DNA of 64,000 nt. It comes from a bacterium. GTDB taxonomy: Bacteria > Electryoneota > JAOADG01. Location: contig OY820579.1 of the NCBI GenBank assembly GCA_963681965.1, positions 960,001 through 1,024,000 of the forward strand, written 5' to 3'. The position numbers and the translations under genes were made by a program. Below the pieces are notes generated by a model that was given only the letters and a program-made list of their open reading frames with translations, ran no database searches and was not told the origin of the DNA. This document shows, piece by piece, positions 7,826-18,555 of this stretch (position 1 is its first letter; the number at the start of each line of letters is the position of its first letter).

Positions 7826-10800
7826 TTACACGTTGAAATGACGACTGACACGCTCAATAAAATCGTTGATCATGAACGGTTTTTGCAGAAATCCGAGCTT
7901 CGGGTCGGAGAGCCGAACAACCATCTCCGATTCGTCGTAACCGGAGACAAACAGCACTGGAACATCGGTATTGAATTCGCGGAGCAGATGGTAGACATCG
8001 ATTCCGCTCATTTTCGGCATCACGATATCAAGCAACACGAGATCGTAGGACTGCTCGCGGAGTAATTCTAAGCCGATTTCGCCGTTTTCAGCTTCATTGA
8101 CCTCGCAACCGATAGTCTCCAGTACATCGCGGGTCAACCCTCTCACCATCGCCTCATCGTCGACGATGAGCACCCGCTTTGTTTCGGTAGGGGGTTCGAC
8201 GATTTCGATCGGTGCCTCATACCGTTTCGGAGGAGTCGGTGCGAATTCTTCCAGGAACTGCGATGTCTCTTCTTCCACTGCAGGGAACACGATCGTTACA
8301 CAAGCTCCCGCACCCGGTACGTTGCTGAGAGTGATCTTCCCGTTGTGCCGGGCGACGATTCCGAATACAGCAGCCAGACCGAGACCGCGACCGGTACCCT
8401 TGGTTGAATTGAAAGGTTCACCCGGGTGGTCGAGAATTTTGGCAGGGAAGCCGGAACCATCGTCATATACTTTGAGCCAAACCGGGATCGTATCGAATGC
8501 CAACGGATTCTGACCGAGCGTCTCGACACCGCTTCCGGTTTCGAAGGTTATTGTTCCTTTACTACTGAGCGCTTCACCAGCGTTAATACCCAAGTTCATG
8601 ATAATCTGCTGGAGCTGCGTTTCATCGATGGCTATGGATGGTAACTTCTCCGCCAGATTCAAGCGAATCGAAATATCCGGATGCATGGTAACACGCAACA
8701 GCTTCTGTACCTCGATCACGATCGTATTGATGTCGATCAGCAGCACTTGCATCGCACCGCCACGGGCGTATGCCAGTAGTTGTTTGACCAGTTCCGCAGC
8801 ACGTTTCGAAGAATCGAGGATTACTTTCAGCATATCGTGTTGCTGTTTGTCGCCGTCGATCCGTTTCGATAGCAGATCGGCGGTGCCCATAATTCCGACC
8901 AAAAGATTGTTGAAATCGTGCGCTACACCACCGGCAAACCGAACGATCAACTCGCGGCGTTGCGCTTCGAACATCTGCTCTTGGAGGAAACGACCTTCGG
9001 TAACGTCGCGAAGAATAATCAGACGGTCAGTCGAGGGAAGCGGAACGATCGTGATCGAGAAGGTGCGCTCACGATCATTGATCGTTTGCGTCTCTTCCAA
9101 CTCGGTGACGCTGTCCGGAAGATTGTTCAAGTAATAACCGAATTCGCCTAAAGCATCATCCAACCGACGACCAACATTATCGCGAACCTGCCCGCCGCAA
9201 ATGGCGTTTGCAGTTTTGTTCATCCTGCGAATCGTGCCGTTCGAGCCGACTACGAAAATTGGATCGGGCATTGCATCGAACGTGATTGCCCAATTCGAGC
9301 TGGCTTTCAGCAACGCTTTCAACAACCGAGTGTTATCGAGCGCCAGCGACAATTGTTCGGTGAATGAATTCAACAACAATTGCAACGACTGCGAGAACGC
9401 ATCGCGATTTGAATGAGCAACAAACAACAATCCGAGCATGGAGTGCCGGGCATTTAGCGGATAAATACCAAACGAGCCGATACCAACCGATTTAAGCAAT
9501 TCGATTGTCGAAGCGGGCATACCGCGACAATTGTCAATATTGAAACAGTGACTGATACTTGCATGTGTAACGACAAACTCATGGAAGGGTGAAGAAAGCT
9601 GCTCAATGAGCGATTGTTCCAAAGGCGGCTCGATTAATGACCGAACGGAAGCCACCCGGATATTATTCTGTTCCGGTTCGAACAAGAGAACTGCACCGTG
9701 TTCTGCAGCGACTGTTTCGAGGATGAGTTGCAATGCCTCCTCTTCCAGCGATTCAGTCGAGATTTGCGTTGCAAGCAGACTGGCAAATTGAACTTCGGAA
9801 GTGGCATTATCGGCGACCGTCTGACGATTTTGCATTTGCTCGTCCATGAGCTGCATCGCTTTTTGTTCGATATTGGCAGCCGATATCCGTGATGCTAGTA
9901 AGTTGGCAAACCGATTGTTGGCGGCTAATTCCTCGTAGGCTTGTCGCAACGCAATTTCATTCGATCTACGTTCGGAAATATCGGTTAGTAATCCCAATGA
10001 ACCGACGAATTCCTGACGTTCGTCAAGTAAGGGGGTTGCCGTCAACATCACGGTGCGCAATGTTCCATCGCTGCGGATAATCACGGTTTCGTAAGTAGAC
10101 GCAATTTTATTTCGCCGCGCTTCGTTTGCTTTGGCAATAATTGTGTGTTGAGTCTCGGGGAATAACGATAGCGCATTGCGACCTAGCAACTCTTCGGTGG
10201 AATATCCCAATAATAGAGTCGCAGCCGGATTGACGATCAGAATGGTATCTTCCGGATCGGTAACCAACACACCTTCGCCCAATTGATCGATCAACGAATG
10301 GTAACGCTGTTCGGCAGAAATCGTTTGTCGAACCAACCGTAAAAGATCGAGTTGACTACCAACGACTCGACTAAATAGTTCGAAAATGTGAGCTTGTTCA
10401 ACGGTGAGCGGCTCATTTTTCCGTAACGGTTGGCTGAGTACGATAGCACCGATATTCTGGTTGGCGCGATCCTTGATTGGTACGATCAGAAGTTCGTGAT
10501 ATTCCACTTCGACGTCGCTTTGGAAGCAACTCGGGAATTGACTTAACATCGACATGACCGGATAGTCTGGTGTGAGTGCATCCGGTGTGAAGAGGAAACA
10601 GTTACCGAACGTAAATCGCGGTTGCAATACCGATTCGAATTCCAGTTCAAACATATCCGTCAGCAGAGTTTCGTGAATTCGTTCTTTCAGTAACGAAACA
10701 TCCGATTTCGACGCAGCAGAATGAATAATGCTGACGGCACGATTTTGATAAGTCGCCGGGAACAAAAATCCGACCACGAACTGGAACATTCCGAGGCGCG

Positions 10801-12001
10801 AGAGTTCGTCAACAGCAGCATCGAATAATTTCTGCAGCTCATTAAGCGACGTTAGCTTTGAAACGGAATCAAGGAGTTGAGCTAATTGCTGATTGCGCCT
10901 TCGCCAATCGCGGAGTGAGCGATTCATGGTAGTAATATCGCGCGAAATCATGATTCCGCCGACAATTTTACCTTGAGCCGAATAGTGGGGGAGGAATGTA
11001 CTGTCGATCTCCAGTTCGTGAAGTGGGGTAAGAAAATGCCAATTAACGTTCTGGAACCACTCGCCCCCGAGGATCGCTCCAAGATCCGGGAGGAAATCGT
11101 TCGGATCGGCGTGATTGAACATTAACTCCTGCATCGTTTTAAATGGTTCCGCTCCCTCGTCCTCGAAGAATAGGTGCTTGGCTGCAGGATTGAGATCGTA
11201 TATCGCTCCGGTGTGATCCCAAAGCACAAAGGCAACGGGACTATTATGGAAAAACTGATGATACGTTGCTTCGGTCTCGCGAGCGTGTTGAAGAAGACTA
11301 TTGGTTTCGGATCGATCAATTAAGTGAATTAGGTAATAAAGCTTTGCATCCGCCCATAAACGTGTTAACTTCAGTTCCGCGAGAAAAGGTTCGCCGTTAC
11401 TACGAAAACAGGGAACATCCGGTAAAGAAAACTCGAAATCATTCACATTGATGCGATTTCTGAGTTCGGTTTGAAATTCTGACCAAGTGGACGGTTTTAC
11501 AAAAGTGGACGCAGGTAATCCGATTAGATCTTCGGGTACCACTCCGACAATGTCTGCAAGTGCAGTATTGGCATAGAGCAAAGTCCCCTCGCGGTCGGCG
11601 ATAGCCAAACCGATCGGGCTTAGTTCAAAGAAGCTGAGGAAGATGTCGTTAAAGCGAATTTGCTTTGAGACCGGTGAAGATTTAGCGGAAACCGATGAAA
11701 TTGTACTATCTTCCATGGGCATGTAAAGAATAAAGGCGTTTGTTCCGTCCTGCGGGTAAATCGAGATCAACCCGGCAGTGAGAATTCCGCCAATCGGCAT
11801 CATCCGAATTGGGTCTTGCGAGGCAATTACTTCGCTCACGGTCGTAAGCAATTGAAAATCTACACTGCTTAACCGGGTGAATATACCCAACGACGAGGCA
11901 CTCTCGAACGCAATGGCAGCATTGTTGCGATGCAACACTTCACCATTGGCGTCGACGATCCACGCTGGTTCTGGAAGTTGATTGAGTGCTTGACGGTCCA
12001 C
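7826..12001 (-). CDS. Hybrid sensor histidine kinase (multiple PAS, GAF, HisKA, HATPase, receiver)
   Basis: AGGVAHDFNNLL H-box, NLGINAGEA, DDGSG, GRGLGLA, C-terminal VLIVDDE...LLDIVMP...KPF; start uncertain, GTG at 12001 chosen to avoid overlap with the divergent gene. Confidence 0.92.
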   Translation of the reverse strand: MDRQALNQLPEPAWIVDANGEVLHRNNAAIAFESASSLGIFTRLSSVDFQLLTTVSEVIASQDPIRMMPIGGILTAGLISIYPQDGTNAFILYMPMEDSTISSVSAKSSPVSKQIRFNDIFLSFFELSPIGLAIADREGTLLYANTALADIVGVVPEDLIGLPASTFVKPSTWSEFQTELRNRINVNDFEFSLPDVPCFRSNGEPFLAELKLTRLWADAKLYYLIHLIDRSETNSLLQHARETEATYHQFFHNSPVAFVLWDHTGAIYDLNPAAKHLFFEDEGAEPFKTMQELMFNHADPNDFLPDLGAILGGEWFQNVNWHFLTPLHELEIDSTFLPHYSAQGKIVGGIMISRDITTMNRSLRDWRRRNQQLAQLLDSVSKLTSLNELQKLFDAAVDELSRLGMFQFVVGFLFPATYQNRAVSIIHSAASKSDVSLLKERIHETLLTDMFELEFESVLQPRFTFGNCFLFTPDALTPDYPVMSMLSQFPSCFQSDVEVEYHELLIVPIKDRANQNIGAIVLSQPLRKNEPLTVEQAHIFELFSRVVGSQLDLLRLVRQTISAEQRYHSLIDQLGEGVLVTDPEDTILIVNPAATLLLGYSTEELLGRNALSLFPETQHTIIAKANEARRNKIASTYETVIIRSDGTLRTVMLTATPLLDERQEFVGSLGLLTDISERRSNEIALRQAYEELAANNRFANLLASRISAANIEQKAMQLMDEQMQNRQTVADNATSEVQFASLLATQISTESLEEEALQLILETVAAEHGAVLLFEPEQNNIRVASVRSLIEPPLEQSLIEQLSSPFHEFVVTHASISHCFNIDNCRGMPASTIELLKSVGIGSFGIYPLNARHSMLGLLFVAHSNRDAFSQSLQLLLNSFTEQLSLALDNTRLLKALLKASSNWAITFDAMPDPIFVVGSNGTIRRMNKTANAICGGQVRDNVGRRLDDALGEFGYYLNNLPDSVTELEETQTINDRERTFSITIVPLPSTDRLIILRDVTEGRFLQEQMFEAQRRELIVRFAGGVAHDFNNLLVGIMGTADLLSKRIDGDKQQHDMLKVILDSSKRAAELVKQLLAYARGGAMQVLLIDINTIVIEVQKLLRVTMHPDISIRLNLAEKLPSIAIDETQLQQIIMNLGINAGEALSSKGTITFETGSGVETLGQNPLAFDTIPVWLKVYDDGSGFPAKILDHPGEPFNSTKGTGRGLGLAAVFGIVARHNGKITLSNVPGAGACVTIVFPAVEEETSQFLEEFAPTPPKRYEAPIEIVEPPTETKRVLIVDDEAMVRGLTRDVLETIGCEVNEAENGEIGLELLREQSYDLVLLDIVMPKMSGIDVYHLLREFNTDVPVLFVSGYDESEMVVRLSDPKLGFLQKPFMINDFIERVSRHFNV

Positions 12002-12098
12002 GGATGTCCGAATTATTATGTTGATTTTTGTACTCGAAATGTAACGATTGTTGCGATCAACGGCAATTCGTTTCTGTGAGAAAAGAAATTTCCCATTC

Positions 12099-13733
12099 AT
12101 GCATCCTGTAACCTTATTGTTTGAATCGGCTGAGAAATATCCTGCTTCGTTAGCACTACGATCACTCGATGCAAGTGCTATAAGGTTTACCTATGCCGAA
12201 TTGGTTGATCGCGTTCGACGGATTGCCAATACCTTACGAGCGCAGGGCATTTCGACCGGTGATCGAATTGCATTATCGGCTGACAATTCCCCATTCTGGG
12301 GGGCTGCGTATTACGGGATTATGGCTGCCGGCGCGACCGTTGTTCCATTCGATGTCAATCTTCCCATCGGCGAAATAGATTTTATTCTCAAAGATTCTGG
12401 CACAGTCGCTTGGATTGGAAACGACATAGCATTCAGCCGAATTGCAGTAGCACCGTCAAATGAATCGATTAAACGTATCCCAATCCGCGGTGATTTTTCG
12501 GGTGCTCTCCCCATTCCGCAACCGATCTTAGCTCCAACTGCAGCAATTGTCTACACTTCGGGAACTACGGGCGTTGCCAAAGGGGTAATGCTCTCCGGAG
12601 AAGCATTGGCAATCAATGCATTAGGAGCGATAGAGCGCATCAAATTGATTGCTCAAGAACGATTCTTTTCTGTCCTTCCGATGTATCACACGTACGAATG
12701 TACTGCCGGATTGATTTTGCCACTCGCGTTTGGTGGCTCGGTTTCCTATGCACGCTCGCTTAAACCGAATGAAATGATTGCCGATGCTGAGATGATTCGT
12801 CCCACCGTCATGTTGGTCGTTCCGCTCTTATTGGAAAAAATCCGGAATGGAATTTTCCGAAAGGCGCGCGAAGCATCCTGGTTCCGCCGACAACTTTTCC
12901 ATCTTTTTTTGAAATTGGGCTATGCAACGGCTCATTCACCGGGAAAGGGACTTGGCGTTCCGTTGTTCCGATCGGTTCGCAGACGGATGGGATTCGACCA
13001 AATGAAGTATCTTGTGAGTGGCGGTGCAGCTTTACCTCACAGTGTGGAACGCGATTTGATGGCGTTAGGTTTTCCCCTCATCCAGGGATATGGTCTCACG
13101 GAATGCGCACCGCTCGTCTCGGTGAATTCTCCGGATATTTATTCTCCGGGTTCCGTCGGTCGTCCGATGTATTATGCCGAAGCGCGGATCGAAGATCCCG
13201 ATTCCGAAGGGGTGGGGATGCTTTATACCCGCGGTAAAATGGTGATGCAAGGGTATTGGAACAATCCGCAAGCGACTGCCGAAGCGTTGACGCTCGACGG
13301 GTGGTTGCGAACCGGAGATTTGGCGCGGATCGATGAAAAAGGGTGTCTTCATATCGTCGGTCGGCGGAAAGATGTCATCGTCACGGCTGGTGGAAAGAAC
13401 GTTTATCCCGAAACATTGGAACAAGTGATACTGGAGGATGAGCGGGTATTGGAAACCGTGGTGATCGGTCGTCAACGCAAGCAGGGGCACGGCGAAGAAA
13501 TTGGGGCAATTCTGGTATTCAATCCCGATTGGATTGCGACTGAAGCCGAAAATGGGAAGACGTACGACGATGACGCGCTCCAACGCTTAGCGGTAGATAT
13601 CTGTGCTGGCGTGAATGACGGACAACCCGATTATCGGAAAATTACCCGCATCGAATTCTCACGCGAAGAATTGGAAAAAACTACAACCCGAAAAATCCGT
13701 CGATTCAAATACCGCAATTGCGCCTCGACCTGA
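12099..13733 (+). CDS. Long-chain acyl-CoA synthetase (AMP-binding)
   Basis: YTSGTTGVAKG, QGYGLTE, WLRTGDL, GRRKDVIVTAGGKNVYPE. Confidence 0.93.
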   Translation: MHPVTLLFESAEKYPASLALRSLDASAIRFTYAELVDRVRRIANTLRAQGISTGDRIALSADNSPFWGAAYYGIMAAGATVVPFDVNLPIGEIDFILKDSGTVAWIGNDIAFSRIAVAPSNESIKRIPIRGDFSGALPIPQPILAPTAAIVYTSGTTGVAKGVMLSGEALAINALGAIERIKLIAQERFFSVLPMYHTYECTAGLILPLAFGGSVSYARSLKPNEMIADAEMIRPTVMLVVPLLLEKIRNGIFRKAREASWFRRQLFHLFLKLGYATAHSPGKGLGVPLFRSVRRRMGFDQMKYLVSGGAALPHSVERDLMALGFPLIQGYGLTECAPLVSVNSPDIYSPGSVGRPMYYAEARIEDPDSEGVGMLYTRGKMVMQGYWNNPQATAEALTLDGWLRTGDLARIDEKGCLHIVGRRKDVIVTAGGKNVYPETLEQVILEDERVLETVVIGRQRKQGHGEEIGAILVFNPDWIATEAENGKTYDDDALQRLAVDICAGVNDGQPDYRKITRIEFSREELEKTTTRKIRRFKYRNCAST

Positions 13734-13757
13734 CCGGGTGATAGTAATGGTAAACGA

Positions 13758-13782
13758 AAACGGCGGACACTGTCCGCCGTTT
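13758..13782. terminator. Bidirectional hairpin terminator between convergent genes
   Basis: AAACGGCGGAC-ACT-GTCCGCCGTTT inverted repeat. Confidence 0.7.
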
Positions 13783-13802
13783 CTTGTATTTCAGGTTGAT
13801 CA

Positions 13803-15080
13803 TCACTGTTGGCGTTTGACAAATGCGCGTGCAATCTCACGAAATTCGCGCAGTAACGCTTCTTCACCATCAACCCGACCGTGTTTCATCAAAATCCGAC
13901 CGCTGCTGATAGTGGTGTCGACAATACTACCGTTTGCACTATAAACAAGATTGCTGATATAGTCGTGATCGGGAACCATCGAAAAATGGTGTTCGCGAAC
14001 AAGAATAATCTCGGCGAGTTTCCCTTCGGCAATTTCCCCGGCATCGTATCCGAATTGTCGCCAGGAGTCGCAAGTTGCCATTCGCCAAATATCGTGCGCG
14101 GCTCCCTGTTCGGGATCGCCCGAAGCGTGTTTTTGCAATAATGCCGCAATTTTCATTTCGGTAAAGAGATCAAGCGAATTGTTCGAACCGGCACCATCGG
14201 TACCGAGTACTGGCACGATCCCGGTTTCATGATACAGTTTTAGATTGAGTGGACCACCGACACAGAGCTTCATATTGGAGGCTGGATTGTGGATCACAGT
14301 CACCTGATGTTCTGCCACCAGTTCGCGATCCCGCTTGTCAAGATGAACCATGTGTGCCGCTTTCAAACGCGAGTTCAGCGCTCCCAGCGACAACAGGTAT
14401 TCAACCTGACTCATGCCGGTTTTCTCGCGGCATTGCTCGATCTCCTGTCGAGTCTCGGAGAGGTGGATATGGAATGGAAGATTGTGTTCAGTTGTAAATT
14501 CCGCTGCCCAGCGCAGAGACGATTCACTCACCGTGTAGGTGGCATGTGGTCCGATCGCGAATTTCACATAGGTGGGGTATAGCGATTTCGATCGCTCGAA
14601 CGATTCGCGATTGTGCTGCTGTTGTTGACGAGCTCGCTTTTCATCGAACATATCGATGAAGACACCGGACAGAACTCCGTGTAATCCGACTTGTTCGACA
14701 ATGCGGGCGCATGCGTCGAAATGCCAATACATATCGCAAAATCCGGTGGTTCCGGTTTTGATCATTTCGAGACATGCGAGTCGCATTCCCCACTCGACAA
14801 AGTCTTCGGTGATGCCATTTTCAAGCGGCCAGATTTTTTCCTGTAACCATCGCATCAACGGTAGATCGTCACCATAGCTTCGGAACAGCGTCATTGCCGC
14901 ATGGGTGTGACCGTTAAAAAGAGCGGGTAACGCACGCAGTGACTTGCCACCATCGATCACTTCATCGGTTTCCAGCGGCTCTGCGATGTCGACGATTGCG
15001 TCGATCCGGTCGCCGGACAACTTTATCGATACGATTTTGTCGTGAAGAATAACGTCTTTCAGCCAGATACTCACATTCAC
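13803..15080 (-). CDS. Amidohydrolase, MTA/SAH deaminase family
   Basis: NGHTHAAMTLFR, HIHLSET, AHMVH, HNPASNMKL, LGTDGAGSNNSLD. Confidence 0.88.
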   Translation of the reverse strand: MNVSIWLKDVILHDKIVSIKLSGDRIDAIVDIAEPLETDEVIDGGKSLRALPALFNGHTHAAMTLFRSYGDDLPLMRWLQEKIWPLENGITEDFVEWGMRLACLEMIKTGTTGFCDMYWHFDACARIVEQVGLHGVLSGVFIDMFDEKRARQQQQHNRESFERSKSLYPTYVKFAIGPHATYTVSESSLRWAAEFTTEHNLPFHIHLSETRQEIEQCREKTGMSQVEYLLSLGALNSRLKAAHMVHLDKRDRELVAEHQVTVIHNPASNMKLCVGGPLNLKLYHETGIVPVLGTDGAGSNNSLDLFTEMKIAALLQKHASGDPEQGAAHDIWRMATCDSWRQFGYDAGEIAEGKLAEIILVREHHFSMVPDHDYISNLVYSANGSIVDTTISSGRILMKHGRVDGEEALLREFREIARAFVKRQQ

Positions 15081-15219
15081 TCCAGTTGGATCTCAGTATG
15101 AAATATATAGTAATGTTCGGTTGACAGGAAGACAACGACCCGATTCGGTGCTCGAGGGTGTTTCCTCGCCGGGGATTTTTCCGTACCATAGTACGACATT
15201 GAGAATTACTGGAATCGGG

Positions 15220-15951
15220 ATGATTAAAGCCATACTGTTCGATTTAGATAATACTTTAGTCGATTTTACCCGGATGAAACGTGCGGGAGTCGAGGCGGCA
15301 GTCATGGCGATGCTCGATGCCGGACTGAACATGACTCGTCAGGCGGCGGAAGCGAGTATCTACGAAATCTATCGCGAGCGCGGTATCGAATATCAGGAAG
15401 TTTTCGATCGATTTCTGGAACGCATCCCGTCGGCTAGCCCCCGGATCTTGGCTGCCGCAGTTAGTGCTTACCGCAAAGCCCGGAGCCATCACCTCCAACC
15501 CTATCCGGGAATCCGCGAACTGTTGCTCGGTTCGGTTCATCGCGGAATCCGTCTCGGTGTAGTCTCCGATGCACCACAAAAACAAGCTTGGCTGCGACTG
15601 ATCGATACCGGCATCGAAATTTACTTCGACACTGTTGTTGCGTTCGAAGATACCGGAAAACACAAACCCGATCCGGCACCGTTCTTATTGGCGATGGATC
15701 GGCTGGGTGTTACTCCCGAACAGGCAATCATGGTTGGCGACTGGCCCGAACGCGATATGCGGGGTGCCGAAGCAGTCGGGGTGATCACAGTTTTTGCCAA
15801 ATATGGCGATACTTTCGGTACTAAAAATGCCGGTGCCGATCATATTATCGAATCACCGTTGGAGCTTCTGAAATTAGTCGATCGAATTGGAGTTCCGAAT
15901 CCGCACACCGATATCAATAGTCAATTAAATCTACCTTTGGCGGGCGAATAA
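15220..15951 (+). CDS. HAD-superfamily hydrolase (subfamily IA)
   Basis: FDLDNTL motif I, VSD motif II, KP motif III, VGDWPERD motif IV; ATG at 15220. Confidence 0.9.
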   Translation: MIKAILFDLDNTLVDFTRMKRAGVEAAVMAMLDAGLNMTRQAAEASIYEIYRERGIEYQEVFDRFLERIPSASPRILAAAVSAYRKARSHHLQPYPGIRELLLGSVHRGIRLGVVSDAPQKQAWLRLIDTGIEIYFDTVVAFEDTGKHKPDPAPFLLAMDRLGVTPEQAIMVGDWPERDMRGAEAVGVITVFAKYGDTFGTKNAGADHIIESPLELLKLVDRIGVPNPHTDINSQLNLPLAGE

Positions 15952-16350
15952 ATGACTTTTGTCGGTGTCGGAATCGATCTCTGCGAGATCGCTCGAGTCG
16001 TCAAATTATTGGAATCCGAACACGGACAACAGTGGATCGAACGGATCTTTACCCCAGCGGAACGCGAGCGGATTTCGGTTCGATTCGGTAGCGATACGAA
16101 TCAAAAAAAACTTCGCTTGGCGACTCATCTTGCCGGTCTATATGCCGCGAAAGAAGCAATTGGAAAAGCGACCGGAACAGGCTTAATGGGTCCGGGACGA
16201 CTCAGTTGGCAGGAAATTGAAATCGATCATATTGACACTGGTGCACCGATTGCGAAAATTGTAGCGGAACCTTGGTTGGGTGGCAAAGTCGATCTTAGCA
16301 TCAGCCACGATGGCGGTCTCGCAACTGCTATCGCGATGTTATGGAAATAG
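15952..16350 (+). CDS. acpS: Holo-ACP synthase
   Basis: GVGIDLCEIAR, FTPAE, AAKEAIGKATGTG, LSISHD. Confidence 0.93.
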   Translation: MTFVGVGIDLCEIARVVKLLESEHGQQWIERIFTPAERERISVRFGSDTNQKKLRLATHLAGLYAAKEAIGKATGTGLMGPGRLSWQEIEIDHIDTGAPIAKIVAEPWLGGKVDLSISHDGGLATAIAMLWK

Positions 16351-16395
16351 TCTCGCAAGTAGTTCAAACAACCTCCGAATGAATGCAGGATTTTT

Positions 16396-18009
16396 ATGAT
16401 TCCGATCTTATCAAACGAATCGATGCAAAATGCCGATAAACGCGGTATCGAAGAATTCGGGATACCATCCTTGGCATTGATGGAATCGGCAGGTCGAGCC
16501 GTTGCCGACGAAGCCGGGCGGATGCTGGCGGGAGACAATCCCGGCGGGTTATCGGGAAAGCGCGTTTTCGTACTTTGTGGCACCGGAAATAACGGAGGCG
16601 ATGGGTTTGTCGCAGCGCGACATCTCATGAATCACGGTGCGGAAGTCTGGTTGCGACTGGTTGGCGAACGCGAACGAATTCGCGGCGATGCGCTCGCTAT
16701 GCTGAAACCTTTGGAGCAACTCCGGATTGCAAAGGGACTGCGCGACAGTGGGCGAATTGAACCGTTGCAAGATCTCGAAATCGATACCCTTTCTTATATT
16801 CGCTTTGATCTAGTAATCGACGCCTTATTTGGTACCGGTCTGACCGGTCCGTTGCGGGGTGATGCGCTCCGTGCAGTGGATTTAATAAAACGCTTACGAC
16901 GCGAAAAAATTCCGGTACTGGCTGTCGATATCCCCAGCGGTTTGTCCGGAAATAATGGCGAAATCGCCGGCGACTGTGCCGGTGCTGATACCACAGTGAC
17001 GTTTGCCGCTCCGAAGTTAGGACATATGTTCGAACCCGGACGGATGCTATCCGGAAAATTGAATATCGTCGATATTGGATTGCCACAAGAGATCCTCGAA
17101 TCTGAAGCGACAACTTTTGCCGCATCGGCGAGCGATATTCGGAAGATCTTCCCGGCAATTGCTCCGGATGCTCACAAGGGAAATCGGGGCAAATTGTTCA
17201 TTTTGGCGGGATCGATCGGTTTGACAGGAGCTGCCGCATTATGCGCAAATGGCGCGGTTCGCAGCGGAGCCGGCTTGGTCGTGGTGGGAACACCCGAAAC
17301 CGCAGAAGCGACGGTTGCAGCGAAGTTATTAGAAGCAATGACGGTTGCACTTCCCGATCGCGACGGAAAACTCGTCGAACAAGCCGCTCGAGCACTCCCC
17401 GAGTGGAGCGAATGGGCGGATGCTTGGGCGATTGGACCGGGATTGGGACGATCGGAAGCCGTGACGGCATTGGTTCGGCTGATCTGGGAAAACGTCGAAT
17501 TACCGATGGTCGTGGATGCCGATGCTTTGAATGCTCTCGCAGATGTGCGCAAGGTCACAGGTACGCTACCGGTTTGTCGCGGGAAGCGTGTATTGACGCC
17601 ACATATCGGTGAATTTGCCCGATTGGCAGGCGTCGAAGTCGAAAAAGTAAAATCGGATCGAATTCGTATTGCTCGGGAATTTGCCCGACAAGCCGGAGTT
17701 GTGCTGGTTTTGAAGGGTGCACCGACGATTATCGCGGCACCGGATGGGAAAGTGTGCCTAAATTCGACAGGAAATGCCGCTTTGGCTTCGGGGGGTAGTG
17801 GTGACGTTCTCACCGGGATTATCGGGGCACTTCTGGCACGAATTCACGCCAGTGGCGCCGTTGTCGACGTTTTTTCCGCTGCCGTGGCTGCGACATGGAT
17901 TCACGGTCGAATTGCCGACCGCTGGATTGAAGCCGGTAATGTCCCGGAAGCTTTTTATTCAGAGTGTCTTTTATTGGGATTAACTGATGTTATCAATGAA
18001 ATCTGCTAG
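16396..18009 (+). CDS. nnr: Bifunctional NAD(P)HX epimerase/dehydratase
   Basis: LMESAG, GTGNNGGDG, DALFGTG, AVDIPSG, HKGNRG, DADAL, LTPHIGEFARL, GSGDVLTG. Confidence 0.95.
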   Translation: MIPILSNESMQNADKRGIEEFGIPSLALMESAGRAVADEAGRMLAGDNPGGLSGKRVFVLCGTGNNGGDGFVAARHLMNHGAEVWLRLVGERERIRGDALAMLKPLEQLRIAKGLRDSGRIEPLQDLEIDTLSYIRFDLVIDALFGTGLTGPLRGDALRAVDLIKRLRREKIPVLAVDIPSGLSGNNGEIAGDCAGADTTVTFAAPKLGHMFEPGRMLSGKLNIVDIGLPQEILESEATTFAASASDIRKIFPAIAPDAHKGNRGKLFILAGSIGLTGAAALCANGAVRSGAGLVVVGTPETAEATVAAKLLEAMTVALPDRDGKLVEQAARALPEWSEWADAWAIGPGLGRSEAVTALVRLIWENVELPMVVDADALNALADVRKVTGTLPVCRGKRVLTPHIGEFARLAGVEVEKVKSDRIRIAREFARQAGVVLVLKGAPTIIAAPDGKVCLNSTGNAALASGGSGDVLTGIIGALLARIHASGAVVDVFSAAVAATWIHGRIADRWIEAGNVPEAFYSECLLLGLTDVINEIC

Positions 18010-18098
18010 CGATTTATCGTAGCATATTGAAAATGGTACATGAATTGATCGTTAGATCGTGTAAATCGAATAGTTATAACGACTGAAAAGATCGCATA

Positions 18099-18491
18099 AT
18101 GGATGATAATAACATCGTGAAACATTCCATTCAGTGGCGGTGGAGTTGGATTTGGATCTCACTTGCTTGGGCATTGATTTTAACGATCTTGTCGTCAATT
18201 CCGGGAAAGTCGATGCCGCATTGGCATGTACTTAGCGAAGACAAGTTAATTCATTGCCTATTTTACATGCCTTTTGGTTGGACGATCCTCTCCGCTTTTG
18301 GACGTAAGTATTGGTTTCGATTTGGATTTATGATGATGATTGTGATGTTATATGGCGGTTGTGATGAAGTACACCAACATTTCGTGCCGGGACGCACAAT
18401 GGATGTTTGGGATTGGAGTTTCGATGCACTTGGCGGGGCAATCGGCGGTAGTATTTTTCTTATGTGGGAAAAGCGTTTTCCGCGTGGATGA
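18099..18491 (+). CDS. VanZ-family membrane protein
   Basis: DKLIH, DEVHQHFVPGR, DWSFDALG with hydrophobic helices. Confidence 0.85.
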   Translation: MDDNNIVKHSIQWRWSWIWISLAWALILTILSSIPGKSMPHWHVLSEDKLIHCLFYMPFGWTILSAFGRKYWFRFGFMMMIVMLYGGCDEVHQHFVPGRTMDVWDWSFDALGGAIGGSIFLMWEKRFPRG

Positions 18492-18555
18492 CCAACTAAT
18501 TATTATCGAACAACCGATCGCCCGAAATAAACTATTAACTTCAACAAGGTGAATC

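Noticed and set aside
12048-12100. Apparent overlap between the hybrid kinase and the acyl-CoA ligase
   Set aside because: It disappears with downstream starts (GTG 12001 and ATG 12099)
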